Below are positions 11,453 through 24,128 of a DNA stretch of 48,847 nucleotides, piece by piece. Under the pieces are notes generated by a model. That model was not told the DNA's origin, ran no database searches, and was given only the letters and a program-made list of their open reading frames with translations. Made by a program: the position numbers and the translations under genes. The DNA is taken from NCBI GenBank assembly GCA_022813865.1, contig JALDZX010000092.1, positions 1-48,847 of the forward strand. The letters are read 5' to 3'. Source of the stretch: Xylographa opegraphella. Lineage: Eukaryota. Numbering within the stretch: the stretch's first letter is position 1; each line of letters opens with the position of its first letter.

Positions 11453-13418
11453 GTGTCGGAGATGATCGGTCGAGTCATTTCGAGAAGACTTCAAACCACT
11501 TGAGGAAAAGAAGCTATGACCTACCAGGGCTGGGCTCTGCAAGAACGAACGTAATGGCTCCAGCAAGCTGGATAAGGGCTGAAAGAATCATTGCAGTCTG
11601 GAGCTGTACTGCTGGGTCAGTAGACGAAAAGGAACCGCTGAACGAAAAAAGAGCACTGGACCGGAACTTGGATCGTCAAGCCTAAGAAGATCAAGATCAT
11701 CTTATAAAAGGGTAGCTTCGGCTCTCACGACGATGAACTGTAATATCTCCAAGCCATAACCAAAATGCAGCAGGCCGTCCAAGGGATATAGTGGAGATGC
11801 CTTAGTGTAGGCACGTTGATACCAGATAGGTCTACAGAAGACCTTGTCTGACCGTTCAGGGGTAAGCTTTGCTTGATGCCCACTGCCGATTGGACATACC
11901 CCGTTGTGATCCTCTCCAATACCCGGTAAGAGTTCCATATCACCCGTTGGATATTCACATCAGGTACAGAGCCCCACCGGGGCATCGAAGAGAATTGAAA
12001 ACAGTGATTTGGCGAGAAACCTGGATATGGTGTGGAAGCACAGACGAACATTACACCATCCAGCCCGCATAAGATGCCCCATATTGAGAAACGAACGGAG
12101 CCGGAGAGCTGGCAGTATCAACACAGAATACACTATCAGAGCTCCTCACCACACAAGATAAGCAACATGTACATCACGCAAGGATAATCAAGGTTGCTGC
12201 AGTCAACTGGGTGCCCGCTGCAGGTAGACCAAGACCCATAAAATGTGCCTGTTACTGGACAAACCAGCTCGGAAATTAAAATTGACAACGACATCATAAA
12301 TGTTTCCTTTATACTCTCGTTGCTGCGTATCTGCTTTTTCTCCTTCTCTATGTGAAGTTATCACAATTTTCGGCCACAGATTCAAACGAATATTCCGCCC
12401 GAAGACCGCGAACATCTCTTGCCGAGGTATGATTAACACACTCCAGGTCTCGGTGAGCGATTGATGGCTGCCGCGATGGAGTGCACAAGGTTACAGGCAG
12501 TCAACCGACAAATCACAATGTACCTTAAAATTGACGGCTGTAACAATGACCTGTTGAGAGGAGCCAATCGAAGTTTCTCGGCTATGCAGGCCAATGCAAG
12601 CAAGATCGCGTACTACAGCACAGGAGAGATTGGAGCATCGGTATAAGTGCCTGGATCTACCCCCAGGATTTCCCTTGCTGCTCAGGTACTGCCCCGAGTC
12701 GTACGGCAGAGGTTGCAAGGAGCACTGGGGACGAGGCAACGGATGAGACCTAAAGCCGAGTCGGCCCTTGTTCGTGGTTTGTTGCATCTCACAACCTGCA
12801 CTAACCACCTGTTCTCGCCATCGATAGAATCGAAGAAGTTTGAACCCTAGGCTATTGTGATTAGAGCAATAACCATGAAAGAGGCAATGCGCTTATTGCG
12901 CTAGAAAGCGACCTCTTCTTTTGCAGTGAGGAATTCAGCTGAGACCCCGATGCAGGACGGTGAATGTCGAAACTCGGCACCGAGGACGACCTGCCTTGAT
13001 AGATGTGCCTTCTAAGCTCACTACCTTGCTGCTGCAGCTCTTGTGGTACTCCGGCTGCAGATGTTGTTACTGCGCTACTTGGACTACCGGACGGTGGCAT
13101 GCGCACAACCGTTGGAGGCCACCAGAAATGGCATGGTTCTAGATCATCAATTGCAACCACATAGCACTTCACTTAGCATGCTTAGCATGATTGCTCTTGC
13201 GGAAGAGTAGCCAGCTTGATCGACTCTGCAGGAACGCGACATATGTTGAACTTGCATACATGACACAACTAGAGAAGCAAAGCAGCTTATCGGCCACAAG
13301 AGCAGTAACAATTAGCACACACGAAGATTGATTATCAATGGGTATGGCGCAGATGAAGAACGCACCACTAGCTTCAGATCCTAGACGCCCGTGGCCAATA
13401 CCAGTACTCAATTAATAC

Positions 13419-15159
13419 CTAGTGTCGTCCCCCATCGCCATTCACAATGGCATTCTTACCATTTTTCACCAGCGCAGCGGCATCGACTTGAGGCTGCATT
13501 TGCGCCATCCAACTTGGTGGCAGGATTCCCGTTTGTTCCTGGACTGTGCTTAACAGCGGCGGCAAGCTTTGAAACAAATTTCGGATTGGTGCCGAAGCAT
13601 CCGCGGCGCCTTCAGCACCCGTAGTCCATACGCTTATCTTAGGCTGGAGGCCGTTGATAGCTGTAGCATTCGCCTTGGCGAGTTTCTCGTAGGTGTTATT
13701 CTGGAGCATCATGTACTGAAGAAGTCCTTGTGGTCCTCCAAGTACCGTTGCCATCTGCCCATACGCTCTTGCCATTTCGGTAATACCTTCCGCTTCCTTC
13801 TTTTTGGCAAAGAAAGTGGCTTCAGCTTCCTTGGTGGCTCGGTAGTCTGCGAAGATCAGCGATCATGCCAGTAGGGTGAAGAAGGGCCCACTCACACGCT
13901 GCTTCAGCGTCTTGCTTCTGCTTGTACAGCGTTCCGTCGGCCCCCTTTGTATCCGTGTAGAACTTCGCATCCGCAACCTGCTGCGCTGATTCACGCTTGA
14001 TCTTCGATTGCACCAAGTCGGTCGCTCTCATTCTTTCGAGCTCCATCTCGGCTCTCTTAGTTTCTACATCTCGCTGCAGCTCGGCATCTCTCGACTCTGC
14101 TTGACGTGAGGCTTGAATCTGTGCCAACTTGATTTGCATATTCAACTTTGTTTGTGTGGTTGATAGTTCCGCATCTGCAGTAGCCTTCTCGGACTTTCGT
14201 TGAGTTTCTAGTACTGCGGTCTGGGCATCGATCTTGGAGATCTCTTGTCGAGTTCTACCACGCTTTTCTGCCTACAAGTCATGTGTATATCAGTATTTGT
14301 TATTGGAAATGATGACAGCCATCTCACCTCTCCAATCTCGCCTATCATTCTGGCATTGGCTACGTCCACCTTGGCTTGATTTGAGGCACCTTCATGGGCT
14401 TTCCTACTGAGAAATTGGAAGTACTCGCTACCAGGTGTATCCTGGAGCTCTTTGACATTCGCATTGTAGCTGTCATACATCAGAAATGACTGATCGGTAG
14501 GGCACAGGCGCGAGTGGCTCACATTTTCAGGCCGAACTGGTCAAGCTCGGTCTGCACGTTCTCAATTATTTTTGTCTTAAACATCTGACGCTCTTTGAAG
14601 ATCTCCTCCATTGTCATACCGGAGACAATTACACGGGTTTCTCCTTCGATGATGCCTGCGTGGAACGAACACCATCAGTCCGACGCATTGAAGTGTAAGT
14701 GAGCCCTACTGACCTTTCACGATGGTCTGTACATGAGCTCTTCCCGTCTGCGTAGGTGTCGCACCACGAGAAGCCGGCGTGCCGTCCGCATTTCCGGTCA
14801 GGAGCATGGCATATTTCCTCAGCGCAGACGGCTCATCATCAGGACCTATGGTGAATACCGCGGGAAGCTTCCTCCATCAGTAAGATTCGGCGGTGCCCAT
14901 CCGCTCACAGCTTACGGAGAATTGAAGTTTCTCAATCGTCATAGCCTGCAGTGCGATTTCAAAATCGAATGGACTTATGGATATGACGTTCGCTTTCTGC
15001 CATGGGTAGACCCAGGCCTTCTTGACTATTTTGACATCTTCCACTCCACCACCGGTGACTACGATGTAGGAATTGGCGTCGGATACATGATATCTACAAG
15101 CCTGTCAGACCCTCATGTGCACATATTTCGTGAACTCATTACAGAACGCACCCGACCAT
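13419..15159 (-). CDS. Flotillin-like SPFH/Band-7 protein, 7 exons
   Basis: The spliced product reads [36 protein letters not shown]...[20 protein letters not shown]...[24 protein letters not shown]...[26 protein letters not shown], then an EA-rich coiled coil and [11 protein letters not shown], the fungal/plant flotillin pattern. Introns at about 15151-15095, 14915-14868, 14713-14656, 14522-14470, 14327-14272 and about 13895-13847. Confidence 0.92.
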
Positions 15160-16100
15160 GATCGCGATATATGGTGATGCCTTTGGACTTTTGGACGGAC
15201 TGTAGACAGAATGTCTTGCAGATTATGAACTTAGTTGAATAGTAATCCTGAAAGCTAGAATCGGCTCTGCTTAAATATGTATGATATCTTGATGCACCGA
15301 GCCGGCTGAGCTATCTACCGGTGTAGATTATGCGTGAAAACAAACGATAACGAGCGTAAGTTAAGTGTGAAGACAGAGATACGAGTATTTCTAGAATCGC
15401 ATGACTGTAAGTATTGCGCAGCCTTGGCCGCCTGGAAGGAACGAAGTGATGCCAGTAGCTCAGACCAGTGGAGCAGTCACGCACTGCCGCGTGGCTCGCT
15501 TGGAAGAAGTCACACATGGTCCGAGAAGTTGTAGAGACCGCCGATCACAAGCCATTCGATGAGGATGAGAAGTGTCCAACCCAGGGTCCAGTTTCCACTA
15601 GGATATAGTATGCCTTAGCTACAGGAAGGCGTTTTTGGCGGACTCCGACCAGGGGTAATGGCCCCTAGGCGTATTTTGATAGCTGTCGAACAACTTGAAG
15701 ATCGTCCGCGTTTTGGCCCTAGAAGGTTACCTCTCCGAGCACACCCAAATCATGAAGCGTAACGTGATGAAAAGGAGGGGCTGTGGAAAATGCCTCGTTC
15801 GCTCAATGTCACGCCGTAAGCCTCTGGGGAGGGGGTTCAAGCTCTAACAAGCGGAGTGTACCCAGTCAGCAGACAGCCTTCCAACCAGCTTGACCAGATC
15901 TGTGAAGGTAGCCATGAAGTCCCTGGACTGTTATGCTCAGGGTATTCTTGACGTTTCACATGTTCTTCTCCACTATCATGGACGCGTAATTGAGCATATT
16001 ACAATTCCGATTATTCGACACCGAGAAAGCTATAGCGAGCACTCTCCATATTGACAGATCTCGCGAAACATTCAACCTCAGCCACTCTATATCGTCCTCC

Positions 16101-16886
16101 ATGGATCCATCTCCCCAAGACTCTCGTGACGACCCCATTCCCAGCTACGAAGAGAGTGTCCAGCAGGGCGCTACACAGCTCTGGTCAGCGGATGGCAAAA
16201 GCAAGCCATCGCCAGAACTTCCTCAGTCACTGGTCGAGCGCCTGTCCTCTGTTCGCCTTCAGCGCATAAACGCTATCATCGACGCCCATATCGACCCTCT
16301 CCTACAGCAGCAAGCTGATTCTGGTCTATATAAATCAATCTTCATTCTTGTTCCCTCAAACAGTACCACACTTCAGGCTCAGGATACCTCTGACGACATC
16401 ATCGAACGCTCTGGAGGTAATCCCGGGACCTCCAGGAATGAAGAGATTATTGGCTTTCGTGAAGGAGATGATGTCAAGCTCATTCGGCTTCATGGAGACG
16501 AGTATAATGCAGAGTTCTGGAGGCAGTCTGCGGTAATTTCTGAGCTCAACGATGCTCTCCAGACAAAGTTGCGGAATGCAGGCCATCGGGTGGCGACCAT
16601 AGCAGTGACACAACCGCCGTCAGATAGTGCTAACGCGCAAACTTCTTCAAGCTCGACAACAACAAAGAAAAATTACTTTGGTTGGAGGAAGAAAGAGAAG
16701 GAGACAATAGCCGTCAGCCGGAATGTACCTCCTAGCGGCTGGAGGTTTGAAAAGGAAGCAGCTCTAACAAATGGAGAGGTGAGGATCAAAACTGGACTGC
16801 AAGATGTGTCACTACGGGTCCAAAGTGAGATGGGTCTTTACGAGACGAAGACTGGAAAGGCCATGGTTGTGAGTTTCGAAATGTGA
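16101..16886 (+). CDS. Hypothetical protein (261 aa), intronless
   Basis: Open frame from ATG 16101 (MDPSPQDSRDDPIPSYEES) with protein-like composition, a PSY-type motif near the N-terminus and a predicted beta-rich C-terminus (VSLRVQSEMGLYETKTGKAMVVSFEM). Confidence 0.75.
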   Translation: MDPSPQDSRDDPIPSYEESVQQGATQLWSADGKSKPSPELPQSLVERLSSVRLQRINAIIDAHIDPLLQQQADSGLYKSIFILVPSNSTTLQAQDTSDDIIERSGGNPGTSRNEEIIGFREGDDVKLIRLHGDEYNAEFWRQSAVISELNDALQTKLRNAGHRVATIAVTQPPSDSANAQTSSSSTTTKKNYFGWRKKEKETIAVSRNVPPSGWRFEKEAALTNGEVRIKTGLQDVSLRVQSEMGLYETKTGKAMVVSFEM

Positions 16887-17426
16887 AAAGCCCGGAGGCG
16901 GGCAATTGGGAGTTGTTTTTGAGCCTCGAAGATCAAATCCACACAACAAATGACTTTCGTCGGAATTGCAGAGCTATCAATATGCCTCACCGTAGAATGC
17001 CTTGTTCACATCGTTTCAGTTTCACCATGATCCATAGTTATGTACATAGGACTATCCTAGTACTTTCATGCTCCTCGATGTCATTTTCATGCCCTGATAA
17101 TATCGAACAAGAATTACTCCACAACCTCAGAGACCGGTGTAGGGCAGCTAGGCAGCAATTGAGAAGCAATTCCGTAACAACGAAGAAACCGTCTGGAGGT
17201 CAATAAGGCTGCAGGACAACCAATCAACGTTGTCTATATACGAACAGGGGCGCAACTAGCCCATACCCCACAGATCCAAGGAGCGCTCGAGCGCTTCTGT
17301 GTCGACCGAGGCTTTCAGCTCACTAGAGCCTGTGCTACATGGCTCTCCACTTTCAATCTCCGAGTGGGCTTACCCTGCGCTCACTCGAGGCTTTTTCCTT
17401 CCCAGTCTCACCGACACCAAACAACA

Positions 17427-18790
17427 ATGGCAGCTCTAGCTAGCCGCAAGGGATGGCTTCCTCGTGAAGGTAGACTACCAAAGTCCCCCCAACCAGCCAT
17501 TACCAGAGCCGGGCTAATTCCGACCTCGCAACAGGCTTCACAGCCGACGTGTTTCAAAGCCTCATCCAGAAGACAGTCCTCAACCCGGTCCTCACCCTAC
17601 CACTTCTCCTGCTCGCGCGATATGCCCGCAATGGAGAATACGCCGTCACCCACGCACTCGCGCTCTCGCGGCTCAAGATATGCCTGTACCTGGGCCTCGC
17701 GCGCTGGGCGAACGGCTTCCTCAACCGAGGCGCCCTCAACAACTGGACTAGCGACAGCTGGGATTGGGAGAAGGAGCTCGTGGTCATCACGGGCGGCAGC
17801 GACGGCATTGGCAAGGTGCTCGTGCAGCTGTTCGCTACCCTCAACGCCCGCATCCTCATTCTCGACATCCAAGAGCCCACGTTCGACCTGCGTACGCCTG
17901 CGATTCTTCCCCACCAGAGCTTTTATTCCCCGTATCCTGACCTCGTCACAGCTAATTCCCGCGTGCACTACCTCCCTCTCGACCTCTCCTCCCCCTCCAC
18001 CATCGCAGCCACTTCGTCCACCATCCGTTACACGTATGGCGCCCCCACCGTCCTCATCCTCAACGCCGGCATCGTAAGCCGCCGCTCGCTCCTCACCCTC
18101 CCCGACGCTCTCCTCACCCGCATCTTCGCCATCAACACCCTCTCGCACTACCGCCTCGTGCGCGAATTCCTCCCCGCCATCGCGGCCGCCAACCACGGCG
18201 CCATCGTCACTATCGCCTCGCTCGCCGGCTTCGTCACCGCGCCCGGGCTCGTCGACTACGCCAGCACGAAGGCGTCCGCGATAGCCTTCCACGAGGGCCT
18301 CACCGCGGAACTGAAGTACCGCTATGCGGCGCCGAAAGTGCGCACCGTGTGCGTGTGCCCGAACTTCACGCGCACGAAGCTTCTCGCCGACTTCAAAGGC
18401 AAGGGGGATTGGATGACGCCGGTGTTTGAGGTCGAGACGGTCGCCGAGGCGATTTTCGAGAGGGTACTCAGCGGGCAGAGTGGGTTCGTGCTGCTGCCGC
18501 AGGTAGCGGAGTGGTCGGTTATGACGGTAAGGAGTTGGCCGTGGTGGTTGCAGAGCTTGTTGGTGGGGACGACCAGAGATGTGATGAGGCCGGCGGAGGA
18601 GGTGGAGGAGGCGAAGGACAGGGAGTCGGAAATGGCGAGCCTGCTTGCGGAGAAGGAGGTGGGAGATGTGGGAAGGGGGAGGGATGGTGGGGAAGCGAGC
18701 GTTGAGACTGGGCATGAAGGGGATGGGTCCAAGGTCTCCCAGGATGCGAAAGCTGTGGGCGGAGATGGGTCAGGAAAGCAGGCCGAGTAA
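17427..18790 (+). CDS. Short-chain dehydrogenase/reductase (membrane-associated, retinol-dehydrogenase/17-beta-HSD XI-like); introns 17470-17533 and 17892-17951
   Basis: Rossmann motif TGGSDGIG, NAG, catalytic S...YASTK and an N-terminal hydrophobic segment. The first exon MAALASRKGWLPREG splices in frame; the second intron is 60 nt and in frame (GTACGC...CAG). Confidence 0.92.
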
Positions 18791-19079
18791 TCGAACGATT
18801 TGAGCACTCAAATTGGAGCATTAGAGCTGTCGGTGCTTGATGGCACTTCTTCAGTTTGGAACTGAAGCTTACAGTCTATCATGAACAAACTCGATTGCAC
18901 ATTTTGGGTATCTATGCAGAACTCGGAGGTCAACTGCTAAAGTCTCCAAAGTGCAGATAGCTCGGAGTCTTATCGTACAGTCAAACGGAAGAAGCGTGGA
19001 TAGCGTCTTTCGTACCAAGGAACGCCGCAATTGCATAACCACCATATTCCACGCCCGTAGCTCCATTAAACTTTCCCAT

Positions 19080-20093
19080 TCAATATCCGATCCTTCCCCC
19101 AAATTGCTGCTTCAGTGCCATAATCTGCTGCCTCTCTGCTGGTGGTAACTTGTCAACTTCATATTGAGGCATATCCAGGACCTGTCGAAGTAGATCCTCC
19201 TGACTGGGCGCTTGTTGAGGTTGTTGTACGGGCGGAGGAGCTGCGTACGGCTGTTGATGTATTGGAGGGGTGTTGACATGTGCTTGGCCCGGTATTTGAG
19301 AGTATGCTGGATACGGCGTTTGTTGGGGTGGTGCTTGATACTGCTGCTGCGGAGGCGGAGGTTGGTAGGGTGGTATTGGACGTGCTGGGATCTGTTGCAG
19401 AGGAGTAGGTACTGGGGGGGGAACAGGCTGTGCTGCTTGCTCGACGACTGATGCGAGAACGGACGTGTCAACTAAGCCCATGAGAAGGAGAGCTTGAAAG
19501 ATTGCGTAGGAGAGTTGTGGAGCCTGCTTGAGGAGTTCCGTGGCTTTGTTCGGGTCACCCATTACTAGACCTTTCATCTGCGACAAGATATCTAGGAGCT
19601 GTGGTGGCGGCAGGGTAGAAAGTGTCTGAGAGATGGCGTCAGGGCAAGTCAGTTTGGGCGGCAGATCGACGCCTGGAGGAAGAGGTCCGAATCCATTTGC
19701 TGTAGGTGGTTGGGGCGCATAGCCATTGGGTGGCAGCTGTGGTTGTGGTTGGTAGCCAGCTGGCGCAGCGTCGTCTTTGCCGCCCACATGAGAGAAATCG
19801 ACTCGTAATTCTCTTCCCATGATCTGATATTTGTCCATGTTTCGAACCGCCGAAGCAGCGGCGTCTGTATCTGCGAACTCGGCAAAGCCGAAGCCTTTGG
19901 GTTTGCCGGTATCGTTGTCGTAGACGAGGCGGAAGCTGAGGACTTGTCCTACAGAGCTGAAGATCTGGATGATTTGCTCTTCTGTGAGTCCTGTATGAGG
20001 TGTTAGCTTGCTCTTTGGATAAGCAGGAGCTGTGTTTCTACCGTAGGGGATATTGCCAATGAAGATGACCCTCCCCGGCCTGTCAGTAGACAT
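19080..20093 (-). CDS. RNA15: mRNA 3'-end processing factor Rna15/CstF-64; in-frame intron 20041-19991
   Basis: N-terminal RRM (IFIGNIPY, KPKGFGFAEF), hinge domain (PDAISQTLSTLPPPQLLDILSQMK...PQLSYAIFQALLLM) and C-terminal domain (LLRQVL...LPPAERQQIMALK). Confidence 0.95.
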   Translation of the reverse strand: MSTDRPGRVIFIGNIPYGRNTAPAYPKSKLTPHTGLTEEQIIQIFSSVGQVLSFRLVYDNDTGKPKGFGFAEFADTDAAASAVRNMDKYQIMGRELRVDFSHVGGKDDAAPAGYQPQPQLPPNGYAPQPPTANGFGPLPPGVDLPPKLTCPDAISQTLSTLPPPQLLDILSQMKGLVMGDPNKATELLKQAPQLSYAIFQALLLMGLVDTSVLASVVEQAAQPVPPPVPTPLQQIPARPIPPYQPPPPQQQYQAPPQQTPYPAYSQIPGQAHVNTPPIHQQPYAAPPPVQQPQQAPSQEDLLRQVLDMPQYEVDKLPPAERQQIMALKQQFGGRIGY

Positions 20094-20435
20094 AGTGAGC
20101 AAAGGCGACAGACCAGAGATGTTGCCAAATAGCGGGGTATATAAGGCGTCGTTTTGAATGTGTTGTTACTTCACTGCGACGGTTGAGAGCAAAGTGATAG
20201 AAATGCGGAATTTCAAAGCCCTCTCATTGGTTCTGCCCTAGTGCTTTTGCGGACTGCCTATTGTTCACGGCTGTCACCGTCCACCGTAGCGAAAATGAGC
20301 TAGCGGTCACCGCCAGAATTTATGCTGTCAATAGAATACTCCGGACTCGAAACATCTTATTTTCGACCCTTCACCTGCGCTTCGAAACTCTCTTTGATCT
20401 CTCTTGATAGCGTTACTCTCTTGTAAAATCTCAAA
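20094..20435. promoter_or_regulatory. Short divergent (probably bidirectional) promoter between RNA15 and PHB2
   Basis: Head-to-head start codons only about 340 nt apart; an ATTGG/CCAAT box near 20226 and a pyrimidine-rich tract before the PHB2 ATG. Confidence 0.6.
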
Positions 20436-21523
20436 ATGGCACAAGACCCTAGAGAGACGTGGCGAAGACTTCAGCAAGGCATCGCCAACGCGCAGCAACA
20501 GGGCCGCAAAGGCCTGGGTGGTAGTCCAAGAGGAGCAATCGGCGGAGCAGCTATTCTTGCCATTACAGGCGCCGGTCTCGTTCTCATTAATAATGCCCTC
20601 TTCAACGGTGTGTATTCATGTGCTCTACCTACTCGAGTGCTAAAACTGATACTACCCCAAAGTCGACGGTGGACACCGAGCCATCAAATACACCAGGGTA
20701 GGCGGTGTGCAAAGCGAGATCTTCAATGAAGGTACGTCCCCGTTCTCTTTCAATCTTTACTTTCTTTACTAAATTCCTGCAAGGAACGCACTTTAATGTC
20801 CCATGGTTCGAAACCCCAATAATCTACGACGTCCGCGCCAAGCCACGCAATGTTGCCTCCCTGACCGGCACCAAGGATCTGCAGATGGTCAACATCACTT
20901 GCCGTGTGCTCTCCCGCCCTCGGGTTGAAGCTCTCCCTCAGATTTATCGTACTCTCGGAACGGACTACGACGAGCGGGTCCTGCCGTCGATTGTCAACGA
21001 GGTGCTGAAGAGCGTTGTGGCCCAGTTCAACGCCAGTCAGTTAATCACGCAGCGAGAAAATGTGGCGAGGCTTGTCAGGGAGAACTTGGCCAGAAGGGCG
21101 TCGAGGTTCAATATTGTGTTGGATGATGTGTCATTGACGGTATGCTTCTGGTTCCGTAGCTTGCCTGTAATATGTATGTCACTGACGGCTATACAGCACC
21201 TCGCCTTCTCCCCCGAATTTACCGCGGCTGTAGAAGCTAAGCAAGTTGCCCAGCAAGAAGCGCAACGCGCCGCCTTCGTGGTTGATAAAGCCCGCCAAGA
21301 GAAACAAGCCACCGTCGTACGCGCGCAGGGTGAGGCCCGTTCAGCGGAATTGATCGGAGATGCGATCAAGAAAAGCAGGAGTTATGTGGACCTGAGACGG
21401 ATCGAGAACGCGAGAAATATTGCCACGATTCTGCAGGAGGCAGGCGGGAAGAACAAACTCTACCTGGATGCAAATGGATTGGGGCTCAACGTAAGCGAGG
21501 CGTATGAGGATAAGAAGAATTAA
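20436..21523 (+). CDS. PHB2: Prohibitin-2; introns 20608-20662, 20732-20783, 21140-21196
   Basis: Spliced product contains NALFNVDGGHRAIKYTRVGGV...EGTHF..PWFETPIIYDVRAKPRNVASLTGTKDLQMVNITCRVLSRP...AVEAKQVAQQEAQRAAFVV, the PHB2 consensus. Confidence 0.96.
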
Positions 21524-21850
21524 ATGCGGGCGGGTTAAGCTACTGTAAAATTGCTGGGAAGCGTAAAACTCCTATTCTGGTCGTTGAACTTGGTGCCAGG
21601 TCTTCTCGTTGCATATATCAGTGTATTGTACAAAATTCGAAGAGAACACAACCGTAGAGCTTTCCGAAGGCTACAAGCTTGATGGTCCCACTTTGATGTA
21701 CATTGCCCATGCGAAAATAAAGAAACTCTCGGAAGCAAAAGTCCACGCAAAACCTGGCCCGTATGTACCGTTCCTGTGCCAAACTCTCCAACAACGCCTG
21801 GCAGGATAATATCCATGTCGATCACTTTTTAAAAACCCTTATCCGACTTT

Positions 21851-24128
21851 TCATTGGCCCATCATCGTAGACTGAACATCAAAGATCTCATTTCTCCAGC
21901 CCTCCACTTGGAAATCATCAACCCGCTCACCCGCTCTTGCCGCCTCTTCTTCATACAATTTTACTACGCTGCCCGGCGCGTAAACACCCTTGAAGACACT
22001 TCCCTGGGGCCTGACACCGACAGCCGTGAAAACGTCTGGATCTTCTTCAGGTTGGTATCTCGTGATGATCGCCTTCACGAACGTCCTGATGTCCTGCGGG
22101 TCGGAGATCCGCGTCGCACGTAATCGTTCGCGTGCAAAGAGTAGTTCGCGATTGGCGGCATGAATTCCGTCTGAGATTGCTTTGGCCATTTGGATCTCCA
22201 TCGTCTTGCGGATGATGGGCCGAAGGAGCGGCTTCATCAGCCAGGCTAGCCAGGAGAATTTGCTCTTTCGTAGAGTGTAGGAGAACTGGTGAATGTGGAC
22301 TCGGACCGCCTTAAGCGTGAGGATCTTCTCGAGCTTCTCCTTACCAATTTCCACGTCAAGGTGAATATCGATCCCTTTCTCGTCAAGCTGGAACGAGGCA
22401 ATGCCCTCGTCCGCAAGACGGAGGATACCAGTGTGGGCTCGCAGCCAGAAACCGATTTCGTCGGCACGGAAGGAAAGACCATCTATTTTGATAGTGACAA
22501 GGGAAGTGACGGAGGAGGTAGTGCGAAACTTGGCTTTGCGTATTTCGAGGTCGTTATAGGTTTCGATCCTAAGTTTATAAGGTAGGAAAGAGGTGTTATT
22601 GACCGTGCGGCCGGGCTCGATAATGAGATTTTCGAGCAACAGATCAATTTCTGGAACAGAGACTTCGAGTCGGGGAATTGGTACGTATTGAATAGCTTTG
22701 ATGAGCAGTGGAACGAATACGTGGAGGGAGTCGTCGAGTAGCTCAGAATTAGTGATAGCGTTCACAGGAGAGAGTATATCCATTAAACGGCCGGTTGTGG
22801 CAATGAGAGCAGAGATATCTGGGTCGTCTATGACGGATTTGAAGGTAGTTTGAACTTGTTGTAGGAGGTCTTCGACATCCTTCCGAATCGAGGAGTCGGA
22901 ACCGACTTCTCTCGACTTTTCGTGCAATTCCTGAAGCTTTTTGTCCGCAGACTCAAAGAAATTCGGATCCATGAGGAGTTTCTCAACAGAGCTCCCTACA
23001 TCTTCCATGAGATGCTCGAACTCAGGATCTTTCTGGGAGTGCTCCATAATCTTGTTGAACTTCTGTTCGAGCAGTTTCCACTGTTCATGATCACCAAACG
23101 AGCTCAATAAGGACCAGAAATTCTTGACAGCTCTATCGAGCGCAGGGTTTGTCTGTACATCTTCCTGAGCCGTTTCTATTGTCTGATCAACTGCGCGGGA
23201 GTAAACTTTCGCGTAGCGCTTGATCAGTAATCCAATGGTAGATACGGAGTCAGAGTAATCGTTCCGTTTTCGTAGTTTAAGTACCGCTTGCTTCAGACGA
23301 TTCAGCAGCGTCTCTTTCTGATCGCCAGAGATCTGCTCCTTGGCGCTTTCAAACGCATCTAGTCCAGTCTTAGTCAGACCATTGCCCACAACTTTTGAGA
23401 CATCTGCTACCCCGTTCCCCAGGTCGTCGACTGTCGGCGCTGGTCCGTCGTCCGCACCCGGTTCTTGCAGCTTCTTAATGTCACCACTCGACGGTTCCAC
23501 TTCTTTGCCAACCTTCTCAGCAACTCCGGAAAGAGAGAAAGCGGTGTCCGCAAAGATTTGCCTTCCCATAACATTCAGATCACCAAGAAAGAGACGGAAA
23601 TCCGAATTGGTAAGGAGCAGACTGCTTACAGTCCGGAGGCTCTCGTAAGCTTACACAAAGTTAACTTTGATCACTCTTGGATCGCAGCGAGTTGGTCTTA
23701 CCAGCTGAAGCATCTGCCTTGGCTCTGGCTTTCGAAGCCTTGTTGGCAATGTCTTCGGTGTCGAGTGATATCTTAGAGTGGGATAGGAACCATATGAAAT
23801 CTTGGATCTGGTCTTGGTCGTTCTTATGGCGAGTAAGCTCAATGAACTGCATCAGCCACTGCTTCGAGTATTTAATCAGTCGGCGACCAGAGTCGCTTAG
23901 CTCGGGGTTGTCCGGGTTAAGAACGTCTGAGGCCAGAAGAGTACGTAGGTTTATAATGAGCTGTTCTGTAGATGGCATGAACCCCGTGGATAGAGCCCTA
24001 AGCATCTGATAGGAGTGCATCTTTTGATGCAGACTCCTCTGCAAGGCCGTGTCGTCGTCATATTGAGGCAGAAGAGCTTCCGTGTCATCGTCTCGCATGG
24101 TCTTGCGGAATCCGAAGCAGGAAGACAT
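21851..24128 (-). CDS. Conserved fungal protein, HAM1/DUF4449-like (BPI/TULIP-like C-terminal region); intron 23701-23650
   Basis: Two long ORFs joined in frame by a 52-nt GTAAGA...TTAAC...AAG intron (..ADASA/AYESLRTVSSLLLTNSDFR..). Segments GFMPSTEQL, YVPIPRLEV, DLLLENL, LADEGIASF and GIDIHLD match my recollection of this family; a domain search is needed. Confidence 0.72.

Noticed and set aside
17597..18715. 372-aa antisense ORF over the SDR gene, and similar shadow ORFs over the P450 and lah 3' end
   Set aside because: Expected by-product of high GC3 in the real sense-strand genes.
1350..18790. Secondary-metabolite cluster (P450 plus SDR)
   Set aside because: No backbone enzyme, transporter or cluster transcription factor is present, and the intervening genes are unrelated.
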